NCBI GenBank assembly: GCA_050084985.1
Contig: JBITNC010000002.1
Span: 15,376,001-15,440,000, forward strand
Source: Nageia nagi
Taxonomy: Eukaryota > Plantae > Pinophyta
Reading direction: 5' to 3'
Length of the DNA: 64,000 nt
Part shown: piece by piece, positions 25,601-40,580 of the stretch
How positions within the stretch are numbered: position 1 is the first letter of the stretch
Layout: each line of letters opens with the position of its first letter
Program-made: the position numbers and the translations under genes
The notes under the pieces: generated by a model
What the model was told of the DNA's origin: nothing
Seen by the model: the letters and a program-made list of their open reading frames with translations, nothing else
The model's database searches: none

Positions 25601-28099
25601 TATTGCATTGTGTTAGAATCCAATGCTCTTAGGGTTTGCCTATTAGTGTAACTATAGTTACTAGCATTTTTCATTTGTTTTGCATGGGATCCCAATTTGA
25701 CCCATTGGGTCCCATTTATTCCCATCTCTATCCATTTTACCAACATGTTAGGTTTGATCCTAAACTTAAGTTTGGGTCCGAGTTTCCATTAAGGGGTAAT
25801 TCATCATTAGGGATAATTCATCATTTCCACATAGTTGGGATAACAATTAGAGTTTAGTGCCATCTTAGTTCTAATATATTTGAACAACCATATAGTTCTA
25901 CCTTAACACTTTACCATTAAACCACCATTTATAACAAACCTTTTACTTATTTTATGTCTACTACACTAGATGGTTTTGTCTATATATTAACACTTAGTAA
26001 CATTAAAAGCATGAAACATTCCATGACATCAACCATAGATTAGATGTAGACCAAAATTCCATAAAGTATAACCAAACAAAAATAAATCATGATATCCTTT
26101 ATTGGTGACATGCATTTCAATAAACCATAAAATTTGTACATCATGAAGCTACCACAAATAATTACTACAAGTTCAAGCTAATACAATAATTCAATAAATC
26201 AAGTACTAATGAAGTATAACCCCCATTTAATCATTAATGGGTCCTTTGAACAAATCAAGCCATTACATATCTAATAATTAAATAGTTCATCTTCATCCAT
26301 ACCTTAAGGTCTCGTCTGTTGTTTCTCGTCCATTGAACATTTCCAAGGACTGTAGGTGAAGGGATCGAGTACTATGAAGAGATGAGGATCAAGAAAAACC
26401 TTTATATTTTTGGGACCATAATGTAATGCAATAATTCATGTAACTAAGACCTCGAGAGGATTTTAAGTCCTTTTTGGACTACCTCCCTTCCTTGGTCAAG
26501 GATCATTCTACACATCCACACTGATTACAATAATTTTCATCCATGGATCCCATTTTAAAACCCTTTTCTAATTCATGCTTGTTAGAATTCTAATGTCAAA
26601 CCAACCTTTATAATTAATTCAATGTTTTGATAATTTATCACTTTAATTTCATTCTATTTAACAATTAATCCTTCCTTAATAGAATGTATCATAGAATAAC
26701 TTATTTATCAAAATTTTATTAACCATTTTATATTTTTTATTTCAAAATCCTTCTTCAAGTGATTACTTAATATGGATATTACCAAGAAATGAATTTATCT
26801 CCACTAAAAATCAAACCACTGCCAAGGAAATATCTTGAGAGAATGACTTAGAACAAGGGGTTACTTCATCATTTTCATATGTTAATTCTTTACTATAATA
26901 CACTTAAAAGCAAATAAGAATAGTTTTAGTACATTACCTTCTCATTAAGGATTAGATTTTATTTTGGTATTATTTTGATGATTATCTATATATTGTACTT
27001 CCATTAGCCAATTGATTGGTCAATGCTAAGAAGTGTGCTTGAAACTACAGGGGACTAATGATCTGGTGATTTTCTGGGAGTGATTAGTTTTTGAAAGTCT
27101 GCTATTTAGGTCGTTGGGGTGACATCTAACAATTTTGGGTGATACTTTACACTATGAGATCATTTAAAACCATGTTTCTTGGAAGACTCCCGAACTTCCT
27201 TTATGTGGTTTCACAGAGGAGAGAGGAAGATCGACATACATAGTAGACTACGAAAGAGAGGGAGAGATACATCTTGGTTTGGCTTCATTCTACACACAAC
27301 TCATTAAGATAATAAGCATTACATTTTTATTAAACTCTTAGTAACTAGGGAGCCTTGATGGATGTCATGATGCCTGGGTTTGACTATACTTTAACTTTCA
27401 TAGCATACAACATAATGTCAAACCTGCTAGCAAGTTTGTCTATCCACAACACAAGGAATGGAAGCTTAACAGAGAATGAGGCACATTATATCATAGAGAG
27501 ATATTACATAAAAAACATATACTTTTACAAGGTACAAATCCTTCCTAAGTTGAGTATATAAAAAGGTGGTCATCCATATTTAGGCCCATAAATGATCACA
27601 TTTGAGAAAGACTCGATAATGTTGTTGGAAGTGGAGTCGCAGGGAAAAATCATGAGTCAGGATATTATCTACATTTGAGGCCGAAGGAGTATGATATAGG
27701 GAAGTTCCATATGGGGAATATTACCTCCTTCCCCTATCAACATCCTTGATAATCTTGTGGAGAGATCAGAATGGAGAGTAGAATTTGGAGAAAAGAAAGA
27801 AATCATACTATTTGCTTACCCTATTTCGAGTGGAAACTAGACGTAGTGTGATTCACATGGCCTCCCTATGGAGTTTTCTTCAAACTACTATCATCATCTA
27901 TGGAGATTAACTATGAAAGAGGATCTCACATTGGCTACTCTCAATCCCTTGATCATCACCCTTCCATGGCAGCACACGCACAGGGGAGGCAAGTTCAAAG
28001 AACCCATGAAACTCAAGAACATAGGGTTCTTCGAAGGGTGTAGTCATTTCATATTTTCTTGAAATAGTACATCCAATAGTATAAAAATAAACCATTTCT

Positions 28100-28944
28100 A
28101 TTGGATAGAGTGTAATCATATTATCTTTTCAAAAAGAAATAATAATAAACTCTACCTTTTAATAAAACAACAAACGGTGCCATATACTCCAATGACAGTA
28201 AACGAAAAGCATATCTTCTCAAAGAAAATATGACTGTTATTAACATTTTGTAATCCTATTTCAAAAATATGTAAGTATAAAATAACATTTCCTCTAAATC
28301 AATCCAATTCAGCAAGTAGATAAGAACTAAAAGATATAAAGAAAAGAGCACCTTGCTTAAGAAGGGGAAGAGGTTCCATTACTTCACGGGTTACAAAGTG
28401 AGAAGAGATAGTTTTCTAGCTTGGTTGCTTGGTTAATTTGTTGATTGTTAAAGGGATCCTTCAATATTTATAGGCTTAAGGTAAAGGAAAATACCAATTG
28501 TCTTCCTATTCCCACTTTAACTCCACTTAATGGGTTAGAACCAAAATAATAATTTTTAATTCAAAAGTGGGGTTTAAAGTAAGATTATGCGATCAAGTCT
28601 CATTTGGAAGCATTTAACCTAGGTTACTATTCAAAAAATATTTAATTCACTATTACTTACCACCTCACACATTAAAACAAAATACATGTGCCTTACCCCA
28701 ATAATGCCTTAATTAATACACATTATCAAAATAACTTTAAATATTAAATCCCCCCTTAAATATTGTTTCCACTATTAGCCCCCATGTGGCAATAGTCTAA
28801 GCACTTATTTTTAACTTTACCCCATTTAAAAAATATTTTCCTAACCTTAAGTCAAATTTTTTTTTTTTAACTTAACAAGGTATATTCTTTTTCCCTCCAT
28901 TTTTCAAATTCAAAATGCAAAAACATACAATAAGGGAGTTTACA
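28100..28944 (-). mobile_element. Probable Gypsy-type LTR remnant
   Basis: - strand start tgtaaactccc and cctataaata TATA (tatttatagg on +); far boundary uncertain. Confidence 0.4.
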
Positions 28945-29355
28945 CACACATTTACCTGTGATAATTGCCTCATCCTGTAGGATAAGATTAGTAGTACACA
29001 CACACATCATAGCACATATATTTATAAAAATAAACATTCATGACTAATAATACTATCATGCAACTACATGATCTAAGATGGTAATTTTAGGGTTTATTAG
29101 TGATCCAACACCAATGATTTCCTCCTTTTTACCCTTTTGTTCCCATCACCAATTCACCTTTGGTCCTTGGATGCACTTTCATCTCTAGGTAACCTATTAA
29201 TTGCATCATAAATATCAAATCCAACATAAGATTGACATAAATAATACTTTTCTCAACTTAAAATGCATTATAACATAACAATATTTCAAACCTGATCACA
29301 TTCATATCCTTAAGGGTACTCGAGGTTAAATAGTGCAATTGGGTGGGTCATTACA

Positions 29356-32300
29356 ACCATTTTCATTAGTCTATGGAGATGAGGTTGTAATACCATTAGA
29401 GTTGGAGTTGCCATCCTTATGAATTTCATTACAAGAAGAAATATCATATGAAGAATCAAGGAAAGCTAGATTGCAACAATTGGAATCACTTGATGAGAAA
29501 AGAATCAAGGTTGCAATTGAACATCAAAAAGCTTATCATGCAAATTTGAAAAGGGCATTTGGAAATAAGATTAAACCCAATGAATTCAAGGTGGGAGACT
29601 TGGAACTAAAAAAAAAAACATTAACAAGATAATTGCAAATGAAGTAAAAGGGAAATTTGAGCCAAATTGGATAGGCCCATTTGTTGTAATTGAAGCAACA
29701 AGAGGAGGAGCTTACAAGTTATCATCCATGGATGGAAAAGAACAACCCAAAACCTTCAATTCCATGCACCTTAAATGCTTCTTTGTGTAATGCAATGGCT
29801 ATGTGCCTTACAAAATAATGAATATTTCACATAAGGTATATGAATTTTATTTTTCATTTACATTTTTATAGTTTCTTTCATTATTTTCATGCAACTAACA
29901 ATGTGCATTACTATCTGTACATCGCTAACTATGTAAAAAAAAAACACAACACTATAATGTCTATGGACCATGGATAAATAAACGTTAGGTCACTGATAGC
30001 CATCAATATGAGTAGTGAGAGTTCACTCACTTGAAAGATAAATCAAGAATGCAATCATAAGCAATATGTGGACATTGATTCATCCTATCTCAGGGTCATA
30101 GACATAAAATGTATGACCACCAATAGCCATCGATACAACTAGTAAGAGTTCACTCACTTAAAAGTTTAATTGGTGATGCATTCATAAGAAAGATGTGGAT
30201 ATTGATTCATCCTTAATGGACTATACAACTTGCTATGTATCCACATGGTTTTTTCTTTGAACCATACAAAGCATAATTTCTTACGGTCATAGACATAAAA
30301 TATATGACCATTGATAGCCATCGATACAGCTAGTGAGAGTTCTCTCACTTAAAAAAGAAAAATTGATAATGTAGCCATAAGTAAGATTGCTAACATTGAT
30401 TCATCATTAATGAAAGACCCAACTCACTATGTATCTAAAATATTTTCGAGTAAATGCAAGAAGATGAGTCCCACTTTGGAGGTAGTCTTATGAACTGCTA
30501 GGTTTTTGTATTTGTTTAATAACTTTTTATTTCTTAGAATTATGAAAAAAATATATGTGCACCATTTGTATACAATTCTTCACAAGTTAAATAAAAAATA
30601 AATTAAAAATGATAAGTTTTATTCAAATTATGCTTATCGAACATGAGCATTTTTTGAAACAATAATCATGGCCAATAAAAAATAAAATATTCATGGTAAA
30701 AATACAAAAAATATTCTCCATAATATTTAGTGTCTTAGGTATCTTTAACCAAAAGGATTTAAAAAAATATTTTAATTTAGGTCAAGTTATGCTTGATAGA
30801 CACGAGGGGTATGGTCTTGAAATTGTATTTTTTAAACAATGGTTTTTGTATTTATTTAATAACTTTTTATTTTTTCATAATTGTGAAAAAAATAATATAT
30901 GTGCAATTCTACATACAATTTTTCATAAGATAAAAAAAAATAAAAATGATAAGTTTAGGTCAAATTATGCTTGTTGAACACGAACAATTTTTGAAATGAT
31001 AATCACAGTTAATAAAAAATTATTAAAAAATAAAATATTACAAAATAATAAACTCCACAATTTTTAGGGTATTAGGTATCTTTACTCAAAAGGATTTTAA
31101 AATATATTTTAATTTATGTTTAATTATGCTTACCGAACACAATGGGGGTATGGTCTTGAAACTGTATTTTTTAAATAGTGGCTTTTAAATATGTCTACAA
31201 AAAAATAATTTCTATAATTTGGGTATTAGAATAAATTACATATTTGAAAACTAGACTTTGAGAACTATATTTTTATCCAAGTGACCTTTTTCAAGAAACA
31301 AAATCTAAGTGCTTCAAATTTTAAGATCAAGTACAAGCAAACCTAAAAATCAGAAAAAACACTTCCACTTTTTGGATAAAAGTGGGACTCATCTTCTTGT
31401 ACTTACCCTTTTATGCAGGGTATATTTAACACTCTTTGTAGAAATGATGTAGAATCCACACCATCAATGGTGTACACTATTGTTTACTTGCAACTAGTAG
31501 CATGCATATGAATGAACCTAGATCTCAAATCAAGTGATCTCTTCTATATCAAGGCATGGATGTAAGTACATCACATTCTTGAGCACCAAAAATGATGAAA
31601 TGATAAGATTTATGGTTAGAAAATGTAAGGGGATAAAGAACCTCTTCTATTTCAAAGATTGGATGTGGTACCATAAGAACACCTTATAGTAGAGTTCCTT
31701 ACATGATAGAAATATTGCAAGGGGTAAAAGGATGCAGTTCTTTAGGCATTACCTTGGCTACACCACTTAAGGAGCTTTCTTGGGGAAACCAGGTCAAAAG
31801 AGGGCAACAAAGGACCCTCATCATGACATGGTAGTGTTGGATAAAGAGTTCAAAGTTCTTAAAAATTTCTTCTAAACTTTTTCTTTGGATATGAAATTTC
31901 ATTTCTTCAATCACACCTCCAAAGAGGGGCAAAATGTAGATGCCTAAAAATAAATTATCACTTATTAAATAATCCATTTTATAACATTAAGGGATATTTA
32001 TTGTAAAAAAGGGTTAAAATATACCCAAGGTAATGCAATCAATGTAATGAACCATTATATGATGTAAAGATTATCAAATATCAAAAAGGACATCACAAAT
32101 AATGTAATGAGCAATGATCCCAAGAATCAAAGATAATCAAAACATTACTATAAAAAATAATCAAAGGCAACATAATTGACATCGGTAGATATCTAGAGAA
32201 AAAAACCAAGACATACAATATCATTCTATCTAACCAACAATGATGTTTTGTAACACTATCTCTACATAGATTCGTTAAACCCCTCATTTCACTTATTCAT

Positions 32301-32370
32301 ATCTTTTCTACTATTTGTAAATTTGCTTATTTCATGTAGCTAATAGCATGCTCATATCGTGTTCTATGGG
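29356..32370 (+). mobile_element. 3' part of a Tat/Ogre-type Ty3/Gypsy retrotransposon: integrase C-terminus (29356-29790), repeat-containing 3' region, PPT and 3' LTR from 31935
   Basis: FSLVYGDEVVIPLELELPS...LDEKR...FKVGDL...KGKFEPNWIGPFVV...GAYKL..MDGK...NSMHLK.F*; three gatagccatc...gagagttcactcact repeats at ~29990-30350; PPT aaagaggggcaaaa|tgtagatgcc. Confidence 0.85.
30448..31408. mobile_element. MITE-like non-autonomous DNA element with ~30-bp TIRs, inserted in the Tat/Ogre remnant
   Basis: gagtaaatgcaagaagatgagtcccacttt ... aaagtgggactcatcttcttgtacttaccc; internal ~350-bp duplication; no clean TSD. Confidence 0.8.
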
Positions 32371-35300
32371 GATTAATGTATGGTCTTTCTTATTTTATGA
32401 TTATGTGAATGCAATAAAGGTACCTTAAGTATCATGTTCATTCGATAGCATATTTCTTATATATGCTTCAATATTACATTATAGGAAAATAGTGCTTTAT
32501 TTTATCACTTATGCATTGTTTTTAGTCTATAGTATGCATGCATGAAAATCCAAACAAATAAGAAAAAGCTCTTGTCAATTAAGAAAAATCCAATATCAAC
32601 AACAACAACTCTTCAAGACCCTTGGATGGGATCCGAAGGGAGAAAAGATCCATACAACTCTATTTTCCATCCATGTCATTGGATAGGAGATAGCCCACTA
32701 TATTAAACAAGTACATTTTAATTTCTAGTTTTCAATTTTTGAATGATCTTGGTTGTAAATAATGAGATTTGCTAGAATGAGAAAAACTTAGATCATATAC
32801 AAAAACACCAAATTTTCCCAATTGCATCTAAAATCTACTTCTTCCTTCCCTAATTCAAGTTTTGCCTAATGGGGAGATAGTAACCATTTCCTATAGTCAA
32901 AGATCATTAGGGTCGATCTCAAATTTTTATATGTATTATATGTAAATTAGATAAGCATTTATGTTTTTTCATTATTACTGCGTAGCCATAAGGTGTTCTA
33001 AATGACTTTTTCACTGCCATATACTTATTTTTATCGAGAAGCTTCCTTTTTGAATGTAATGAACTAGTTTATGAAGCAATATAATAAGATAATTTTGTGG
33101 ACAATTGCTACAACTAATTTGAATTATTCTATTCTATCATTTTTTTCCCTGCTCTATAATTTCCTTTATTATATATAGTCTTGAGTTGAATATTTGTAGG
33201 GCTCGATTATGTTGAAGTAAACAATAACTACTTTAAAGTCTGCAAACATGGAATTTACCTTCTCCTATAGTTTAAAAATAATAAATTTTGATGTTGGATG
33301 TATACATAGAAGTGAATATGATGCTAGAGCTAAAGACATGTTGAACAACATAAGGTGTATCTATATTTTTCTATATGCACAACAAATGTGCGATTGCTTC
33401 TTAATAAAATATAGTGATTTTAAGCTTTAAACAATAGTTTGTAAAAAGGTTTCAATATTTCTTTCAAAACCCATTTTGATATAATATATTATATTTTGTT
33501 ATTTTTGCAAATTTGTTGTTAGCGTGTTATAATTTTTTCAGCTTGCTTTTTTTTATTTCTTATCAAATTTAGAGTCAAAAAGTCTTTATGTGAATACACC
33601 TCAATAAAATGATTATGAATATATTTATTTCTTTAACACACATATTCAATTTTTAACCAAATTATAATATCTTCGAACTAAATTTTAGGTTTTTTCTAAT
33701 GATAATCCCTACTAAATATCATTAATGTGTTAATTGTTATGCATAAAGGCCTTTATAGGTTAAGTTTTATATTCATCCTTTGCAAATGTGGAGGCAATGC
33801 ATGAATGATTATTAATCTTGAACTTTCTTATGAAATGAGTCTAAAAAGTGAAATTTGTGGAGTAATTATGTTATAGAGGAATTAATTTTGTTGATTCTTA
33901 TTAAAATATTAAGGGAATATGCCATGATATCTATATATTGTGTTACCAAATGATATTATTGTTATATTGTAATTGATATTTCTTATTGGAAATCATCTCT
34001 CATTGAGTAGATCTAACACAAAATGAATAATTTTGTACATCATATTTTGTATTTTTAATTATTATCAAACCAATAACAACATCCATTCCTTAGTAATATA
34101 GTTTAACATTCTTATTTATTTAAATATATGAAAAATAATAATTTTTTATTGCATATTCCAAGGTTTACTAGAGAAAACTATGATTATTATTTGTACTAAA
34201 AGATAAAACTAAATCAAATAAAGAACTTAAAAAGAAATAGATCTTTATTTATGATTGAAAAATATTACCATGTACAAACTTAAATATTACTATGTACAAA
34301 CTTAAATATTACACAAAAATCCACTATAACCTCTTATAAAAATAAAGAACATAAAGAAATAGATTTTTATTGATGATTGAAAAATATTATAAAGTACAAA
34401 TTTAAATGAAATATATTAGATGCACTCTCACTTTCTTACAAAAAATGGGATGCACTTCTCATAATCCAACAAAATTACAAATATAAATTTTGATTTAAAT
34501 AAAATGACAATCAAAATTTCAAATTATCACATATTTGTTGGAAGTTGAAATAAGCTTTGGTTCTATCCATTTTCTGTAATGTTGGATGATGTGCCTATTT
34601 GTGAACAATGTATACGTGCATCATGATCAATGCCACTCAACTCTTTATCCCCATCTCTCTCAATATTGGGAACACTTCATCTATTTCTTAAGGAAGTTTA
34701 GTTAGTAAGTGCTCAATCATAAGGAAAATTCTCCACTTTCTATGAAGATACATCATAGATTTTGTAAGCAAAACTCTTCTATTGTTATCACCAAGTGCGA
34801 TTCTAATCACTCTAAAAAGAAATTAAATAATATAATTTATAAACCATATATTATTTTTTCATAAAAAAACTAACAAAAATATGATTTCTTTTGAATTTGA
34901 TACCCAACCTCTTTTGAAAGTTGATATGTAGGATGTGTTCTTTCTCTAACTCTCTTTAGACTCTTTGAGGGCATAATTGCTAAATTGTTGCAAGTGCATC
35001 TGATTCCTCAATAGCTTAAGTATATATGGTACCCTTTGTATTTTATACATCATATTACATGGTAGTTGGTACCCAAAATGGCTAAATGTGCATAATGTTG
35101 TTGTGCGTTATTTTTTTTTCAAGTCTAAATAACAATTTTTTAATTTTAATTTTTATTTTCAATGCTAAATAGTGGGTTTTTTAATTTTTTATTTTATTTT
35201 CAAGGCTATAAGGTGTGAAACAATATGGGTTATTGAAATTTAATTTTTTTATTTATTTTCAAGGCTACAAGATGTAAAAATATGGAAATTTTGGCATTTT

Positions 35301-35499
35301 AACTCTCTAGGACCATGGACGGAGGTCAAAAAGTTAGCTAATCTTAAATTTCAAAAAAATAAATTTTAACTTGTAAGAGATTTAAAAAAAAAAAATTTAG
35401 CTTGTAAGAGATAAATAGCCACTAAGAAAATTGCCATCTCATAATAACTTCTCATAGAGCCTACAAAATGCTTCTTTAAAATAAAAACATTGATTTATC

Positions 35500-37947
35500 T
35501 CTCAATGTAGACTTGATCTTATCCAATCCCTTTGACATTTTCCTAAATTATTTCGATGTCTTATCCTCACTAGAGATCATGTCAATAATGAGATTAGTAT
35601 TTCAAATTGGACCTCCTATGCTTCATCAATTTATACCATACCTAACCAACCTCTTATCATGTTACATCCTACCATACTTCTTGCCACATATTCACTATTG
35701 AACTTATTAAGAAGGCTATAAAAAAACTTTGTATGGGAAAAGAAACAAATTTGGATGGGTTAGAAGCAAAATTTTTTAATCATGGAATTGACTCACTTAT
35801 CAGGCTCCTTACTGATCTCTTTAATCTCATTATTTGCTCAAGATTTATTTATTCATGGAATTAGCATATCATCCATCCTATTCATAAAGAAGGGATTCAC
35901 ATGAACCCAATAACTACAAGACCATCATGATTAGGCATTTTTTCACAAAGCTTTATGCCACATCATTATATGAACTTCTATCTCGAATATTAGAGGAGGA
36001 GGGACATAGGGCCATGGGCTAAGATAGATTTTAGAAATGCCTTTTATATTGTTCCTCGACATCTACTTTTTAGGAGACTCTAATTGGTTGACATATGAGG
36101 AGAACTTCTTACAATAATATCTAGATTGTATGATTCAATGATTGGATGCTTTTACTCATGTCAAGGACTTTCTAATAGTATTCTTAATACCATAGGAGTG
36201 AAATAGGGTTGCCCCCTTTCTCCAACACTCTTTAGGATCTTTATAGATGAGCTTGAGTCCTTTCTCTAAGAACATACATATGCAGATGGTGGATGCTTAC
36301 TTTATAAATTTTTGATCTCTATTCTTGTTTTTATTGATGATGTTATCCTTTTAGCTTCAAATATTGAGGGAATCCAACAATAATTGCATGCACTAGAAAC
36401 TTATTGTCCTTTGAGATAGTTAGTGAACCTTACCAAGACCATGATCATGGTATTGAATACTGCCTAGGAGGTTGTATTCCATCTTCATTTTCATCTCCAA
36501 GGATGAGTAGTAGAGATCACAAAATCCTATGTATACCTTGGAGTTTTTTTATGAGGCCCATATTACAGATGAAGTATGTTTTCCAAGATTGCATTTGTAA
36601 GGGATATGGAGGTCTTTCCCTACTCAAGAGGAGTTTCTTCAAAGCTCACTTTTGAGACATCCAAGTTTGGATGAAGATATTTGATACCTTGGTTAAGCCA
36701 ACTATTACTTACGATTCAAAGATTTGGGGATCCAATCTTGGTTCAACTAAATGGTATCTTGTTGAAAGAGTATAGACACTTTTTATTCAATGATTTATAT
36801 GGTGCAAATGCATATCCCCTCATTCCATTATCCTTGTAGATTTTGGATATTCCCCTATTTAGCTGGAGATTATCTTGAAGATCATTACCTTTCTTTGTAG
36901 GCTTCACACTATGGAAGATACCCCTTTTGAGTGTAGAAGGTACCCTTACCTTGCTTTATGCTTTTTGATGGTCCTTTCTTTGAGTCTTAGGAGGAGACAA
37001 AGGGGATGGTATTCTAAAGTATCTATACTTCTAGAAAGTATTCAAATTCATATTGATAGAATCCCTCCTTACTCCCTTGGATTTCCTTAGGTACCATCAC
37101 AGAATAAGAAAAAAAAGACACTTCAAGAGATCTAGAAAGACATCACTCTTCATTATATCCATTGCACTTGGATCTATCCCATTAGGTCTCAAGCTATCCT
37201 TTTAACATGATCATTTTCCCCATATAAAATATGGTTAGATAGTGCCTCCTCAATACCTCTACCAATTTATGATAAATGGTATACTAGTCTCCATTGAGTA
37301 GCTTCAATTATGCTCCCATAAGCTTTAGGTTAAAGTAGATCACCACATACCAAGAGAGGAGTGGATATGTATGTTTTATTCTTTAAAAGAAGTAGAAAAT
37401 TTGTATCATTTTATTTTCCATTATCCAATATACTATGATATTAGAGGTAGATTTTATTATCTCTTCAAGAGCAAATCACTCTCTATATCAACATTTTTTA
37501 GTTATAAAGATCAACATTATCTAGAAATTTACATCAAAGAATCAATCGATTTTCTTCAACAACAAAGCTCTCATCTAAGTGCCTATCATCCTCCCCAATT
37601 TAGACATTGGCCGAAAATAATAAGCACCAAACCATATGTACACCAATGGTAGTGGGTAACTAGATAACGCACTAGTGGAACTTTGAGACTCAAGATAAGT
37701 GACAGATAAAGATAAATTAATGATTTTTTCAAGAGTGATTCATCTATGTCTGATGTTAGAATAGATTAATTCTAGGTGATCTTTCATCTTTACATAGCAT
37801 ATTTTACAATCTTTGTATTCATTTTTTATTTTCTATTTGGTTGGGCACTTTTGGTTCACCTACTTATAGTTTTTACTATTCTATTTTCCTAGTCCATTGG
37901 GTCACTTTTGGCCCACCGTGGGCATTAATAATGTTTCATTTCATTTT
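35500..37947 (+). mobile_element. 5'-truncated decayed LINE, RTE-X-like: RT, C-terminal zinc-finger remnant, (CATTT)n-like tail
   Basis: PNNYKTIMI...KLYA; GVK*GCPLSPTLF.IFIDEL; LVFIDDVILLAS; VNLTKT; YVYLG; FDTLVKP...IWG; SHKL...PREEWIC...VENLYHFIFHYPIYYDIR; ends gggcattaataatgtttcatttcatttt. Confidence 0.85.
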
Positions 37948-39259
37948 GGGGGAGCTTCTCTTCCTATGATTCTTAACATCAAGAAACTAATCATTTAAGC
38001 CAACTCAAAGGACATCATCGACATGTTGATGGGAACATAAAATATGATATGGACTACATCAAAATTCTTAGATGAAGCTAAGGCTTTTTTAATAGAGCTA
38101 GAGAGCTTGTTCTTCCAAAAAGTCTTTAAGGAGGCTAGTTCAAGGGAAAATATTTTTCCAAATTAAGGATTCACTTTAATTGAAAAATAAATCTTGGAAG
38201 GATTTCTTCTACCTCAAATTCAATTTGTTGTAAATGGTGAAAGTTATTAGGATTCAAAGGATAGATAGGTTTGTGTAGATATTTTTCATTAAGCTAGCTA
38301 TTTTCCAAGTTTTATCAAGAGGGTGGAGTTTGGCTCTAATTACCCCTAGCTTTTTGCTTCACTCCATCAAAAAATCATGTCTGGATGTCTAGCTAAGGAA
38401 GAGATAACACCCTATCCACTATAGACTATTCTTCCTACAATTTACTCACCTCATCATAGTGAAGGGTCAAGATCTCATGGCTAAGTATGAAGCTAAGGAA
38501 GGAGGATGGTATGGAGGAGAACTTAGGGATATATCTAACTAAGTATGAAGAAAATTGATCACGAAGAAAGTCAGTAGGTAATTCAAAGAAGTATTTTGAT
38601 AAGTTAGAGCCCTCAATATAATATCAATCCCCAATAATAAAGAATGAGAATATAATCCAGGTCATTAAGGATCCTAATCGGGTATATAACCTGTAGAGAG
38701 AGAAACCAAAGCATAAGAAGTTCATGGATTCCTCATCAAATGATAAGATTAAAATGTTCTTAGATATAAAAAGTGAGGAATCTAACTCAAATATGATGAT
38801 CCCATTGAAATCCATGAGAAAACATTCAAAAAATGATGCTTGAACTACAAAATTTGAAATCAAGAAAAGAGGAGGTGAATTAGCTATTGTTCAAGCTCTT
38901 GGAAGGCTTTATTGAATCTCAAAATAGCTTGTTTGGAACTTAGCATAACCTGCTTGGGATCCAAAGGGACATAAAAGAGAAGATACAAGTGCAGATGTAG
39001 GACCTTTGAATACTCCTTATGGAGGATGAAATAGGCTCGAATGTTGAAAATTGATTGGCTACTTTGTTATCCTATATTTTAGTATGTTGACTACTTGTTT
39101 TACATTTTTTTCTTGTTCTTAATAAGTGAGTGCTTTGCTATCCTTAGACCAAATTCAGTCATAAATGCTTAGGGTTTGGGTTCATAGTCAAAACTTACTT
39201 TTTTATCTTCCAATCAATGAAAATAAGATATGCTAGACAAATAAATAATGTACAAAATT

Positions 39260-39500
39260 TAATCATTTTATTTTATGTAATGTATACATTATTAAGTATA
39301 TCATATCTAAGTGATTAATATTATATATTCTTCATCAATTTTATTATAACTGAATAATCAAATTTTATTATTCAAGTATTATAAATGAGCATATATTTCA
39401 TATGTTTATATCTTATAATTTTGATTTGCATAATTATTTAAAATGTGTGAAAATTTATTATGTTTTGGATTGTTGAGAGATCATATACATTGGTTCATAT
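39260..39500. repeat. Dispersed AT-rich repeat, second copy at ~51766-51970
   Basis: Shared aatcatttt(t)attt(t)atgtaat.tatacattattaagtatatcatat and further co-linear blocks. Confidence 0.7.
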
Positions 39501-40383
39501 CAACATCATATGCATTTAGTTCTTAAAAAAATACTTAAGAAGGAGTTTTCATAATGTTAGAGGATACAATTTTTCATCAAGAATTCTCAAGATATTGAGC
39601 ACTATATTTTTATGTTGTAAACCCCATTGTAACATAATGCTATCATGTGATTATGTTGCATCAAGAAAAATATCAAGATTTACCATTAGATTTGGAACTA
39701 TATAATTATTTCTTTATTTGTACATAATCCATTCTATATTTTTTTGTTTATTTCTTTAGCTTATATATCTTAAAGACATATATCTAATAACATTGAGAGG
39801 TGTCAATCTTGAGGTGCCTACCTTAGTTCTTGGAGCGATAATTTCAAAGATCATTGCATGCAATTATTGTATTAAAAAATATCAATACAATCCATGATAA
39901 TTATTGTATTACATAATTTTTATTTAATATGTAAAATAAAATTTTCTAATAATGAAGAATTTCCAATGCCTAACATTGCTCCATGGAGAATAAGAAGGCT
40001 ATCAAATTGAAATTCTTATAATTGGGTTGAAATCTTGGGCATTCCACTCCACCCTCATACACATTGTTAGATCATTTTAAAATATTAATAATAGACATCA
40101 TATGTAATCAAAATAAGTAATAATTAAAAAATAGAGATGCACAATAAAATTATTATAATAGATAGTGAAATATTCACTTGAATAGCCAAATATATATTAC
40201 AAAAACTATAATAATGATAAATAAGTAATAATTTAAAAATAGACATGCACAATCAAAGGATATAATACATATAATGAAATATTCTTACTATACATTTTTT
40301 TAGAGATATTAAGAAACTATTCATGTTCCAAATATATTATATTAAAAATATTCATAGTAAAAATAAAGGCATATACAATCCAA

Positions 40384-40473
40384 TGATGTGAGGGGAATTG
40401 GAGAGGAGTGGAAAGATAAAACTCTCAAGTTGAAAAAGGGAGTTCCAAGTTCAAACTCTCCCCCCTCACATCA
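40384..40473 (+). other. tRNA-like / SINE-head-like stem-loop
   Basis: 12-bp terminal inverted repeat tgatgtgagggg...cccctcacatca enclosing a B-box-like GTTCAAAC at 40449. Confidence 0.35.
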
Positions 40474-40580
40474 TATGGATATGCTAAGTCCAACCGATGG
40501 GTGACCATGTTGGCATGGATGAGGTTGGATGTGACTACCTGATGATTTTGATGAAAGATGATCCCTAAACCCTATTTCAA

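Noticed and set aside
24180-28060. Possible retroelement internal/LTR fragments, including ORF 24608-24916
   Set aside because: TE-like texture, but no diagnostic motif I can identify
32597-32700. Possible reversed RTE/SINE 3' end with a (CAA)n tract
   Set aside because: Too short to support
34540-34990. Possible decayed transposase exons on the - strand
   Set aside because: No recognisable domain motif
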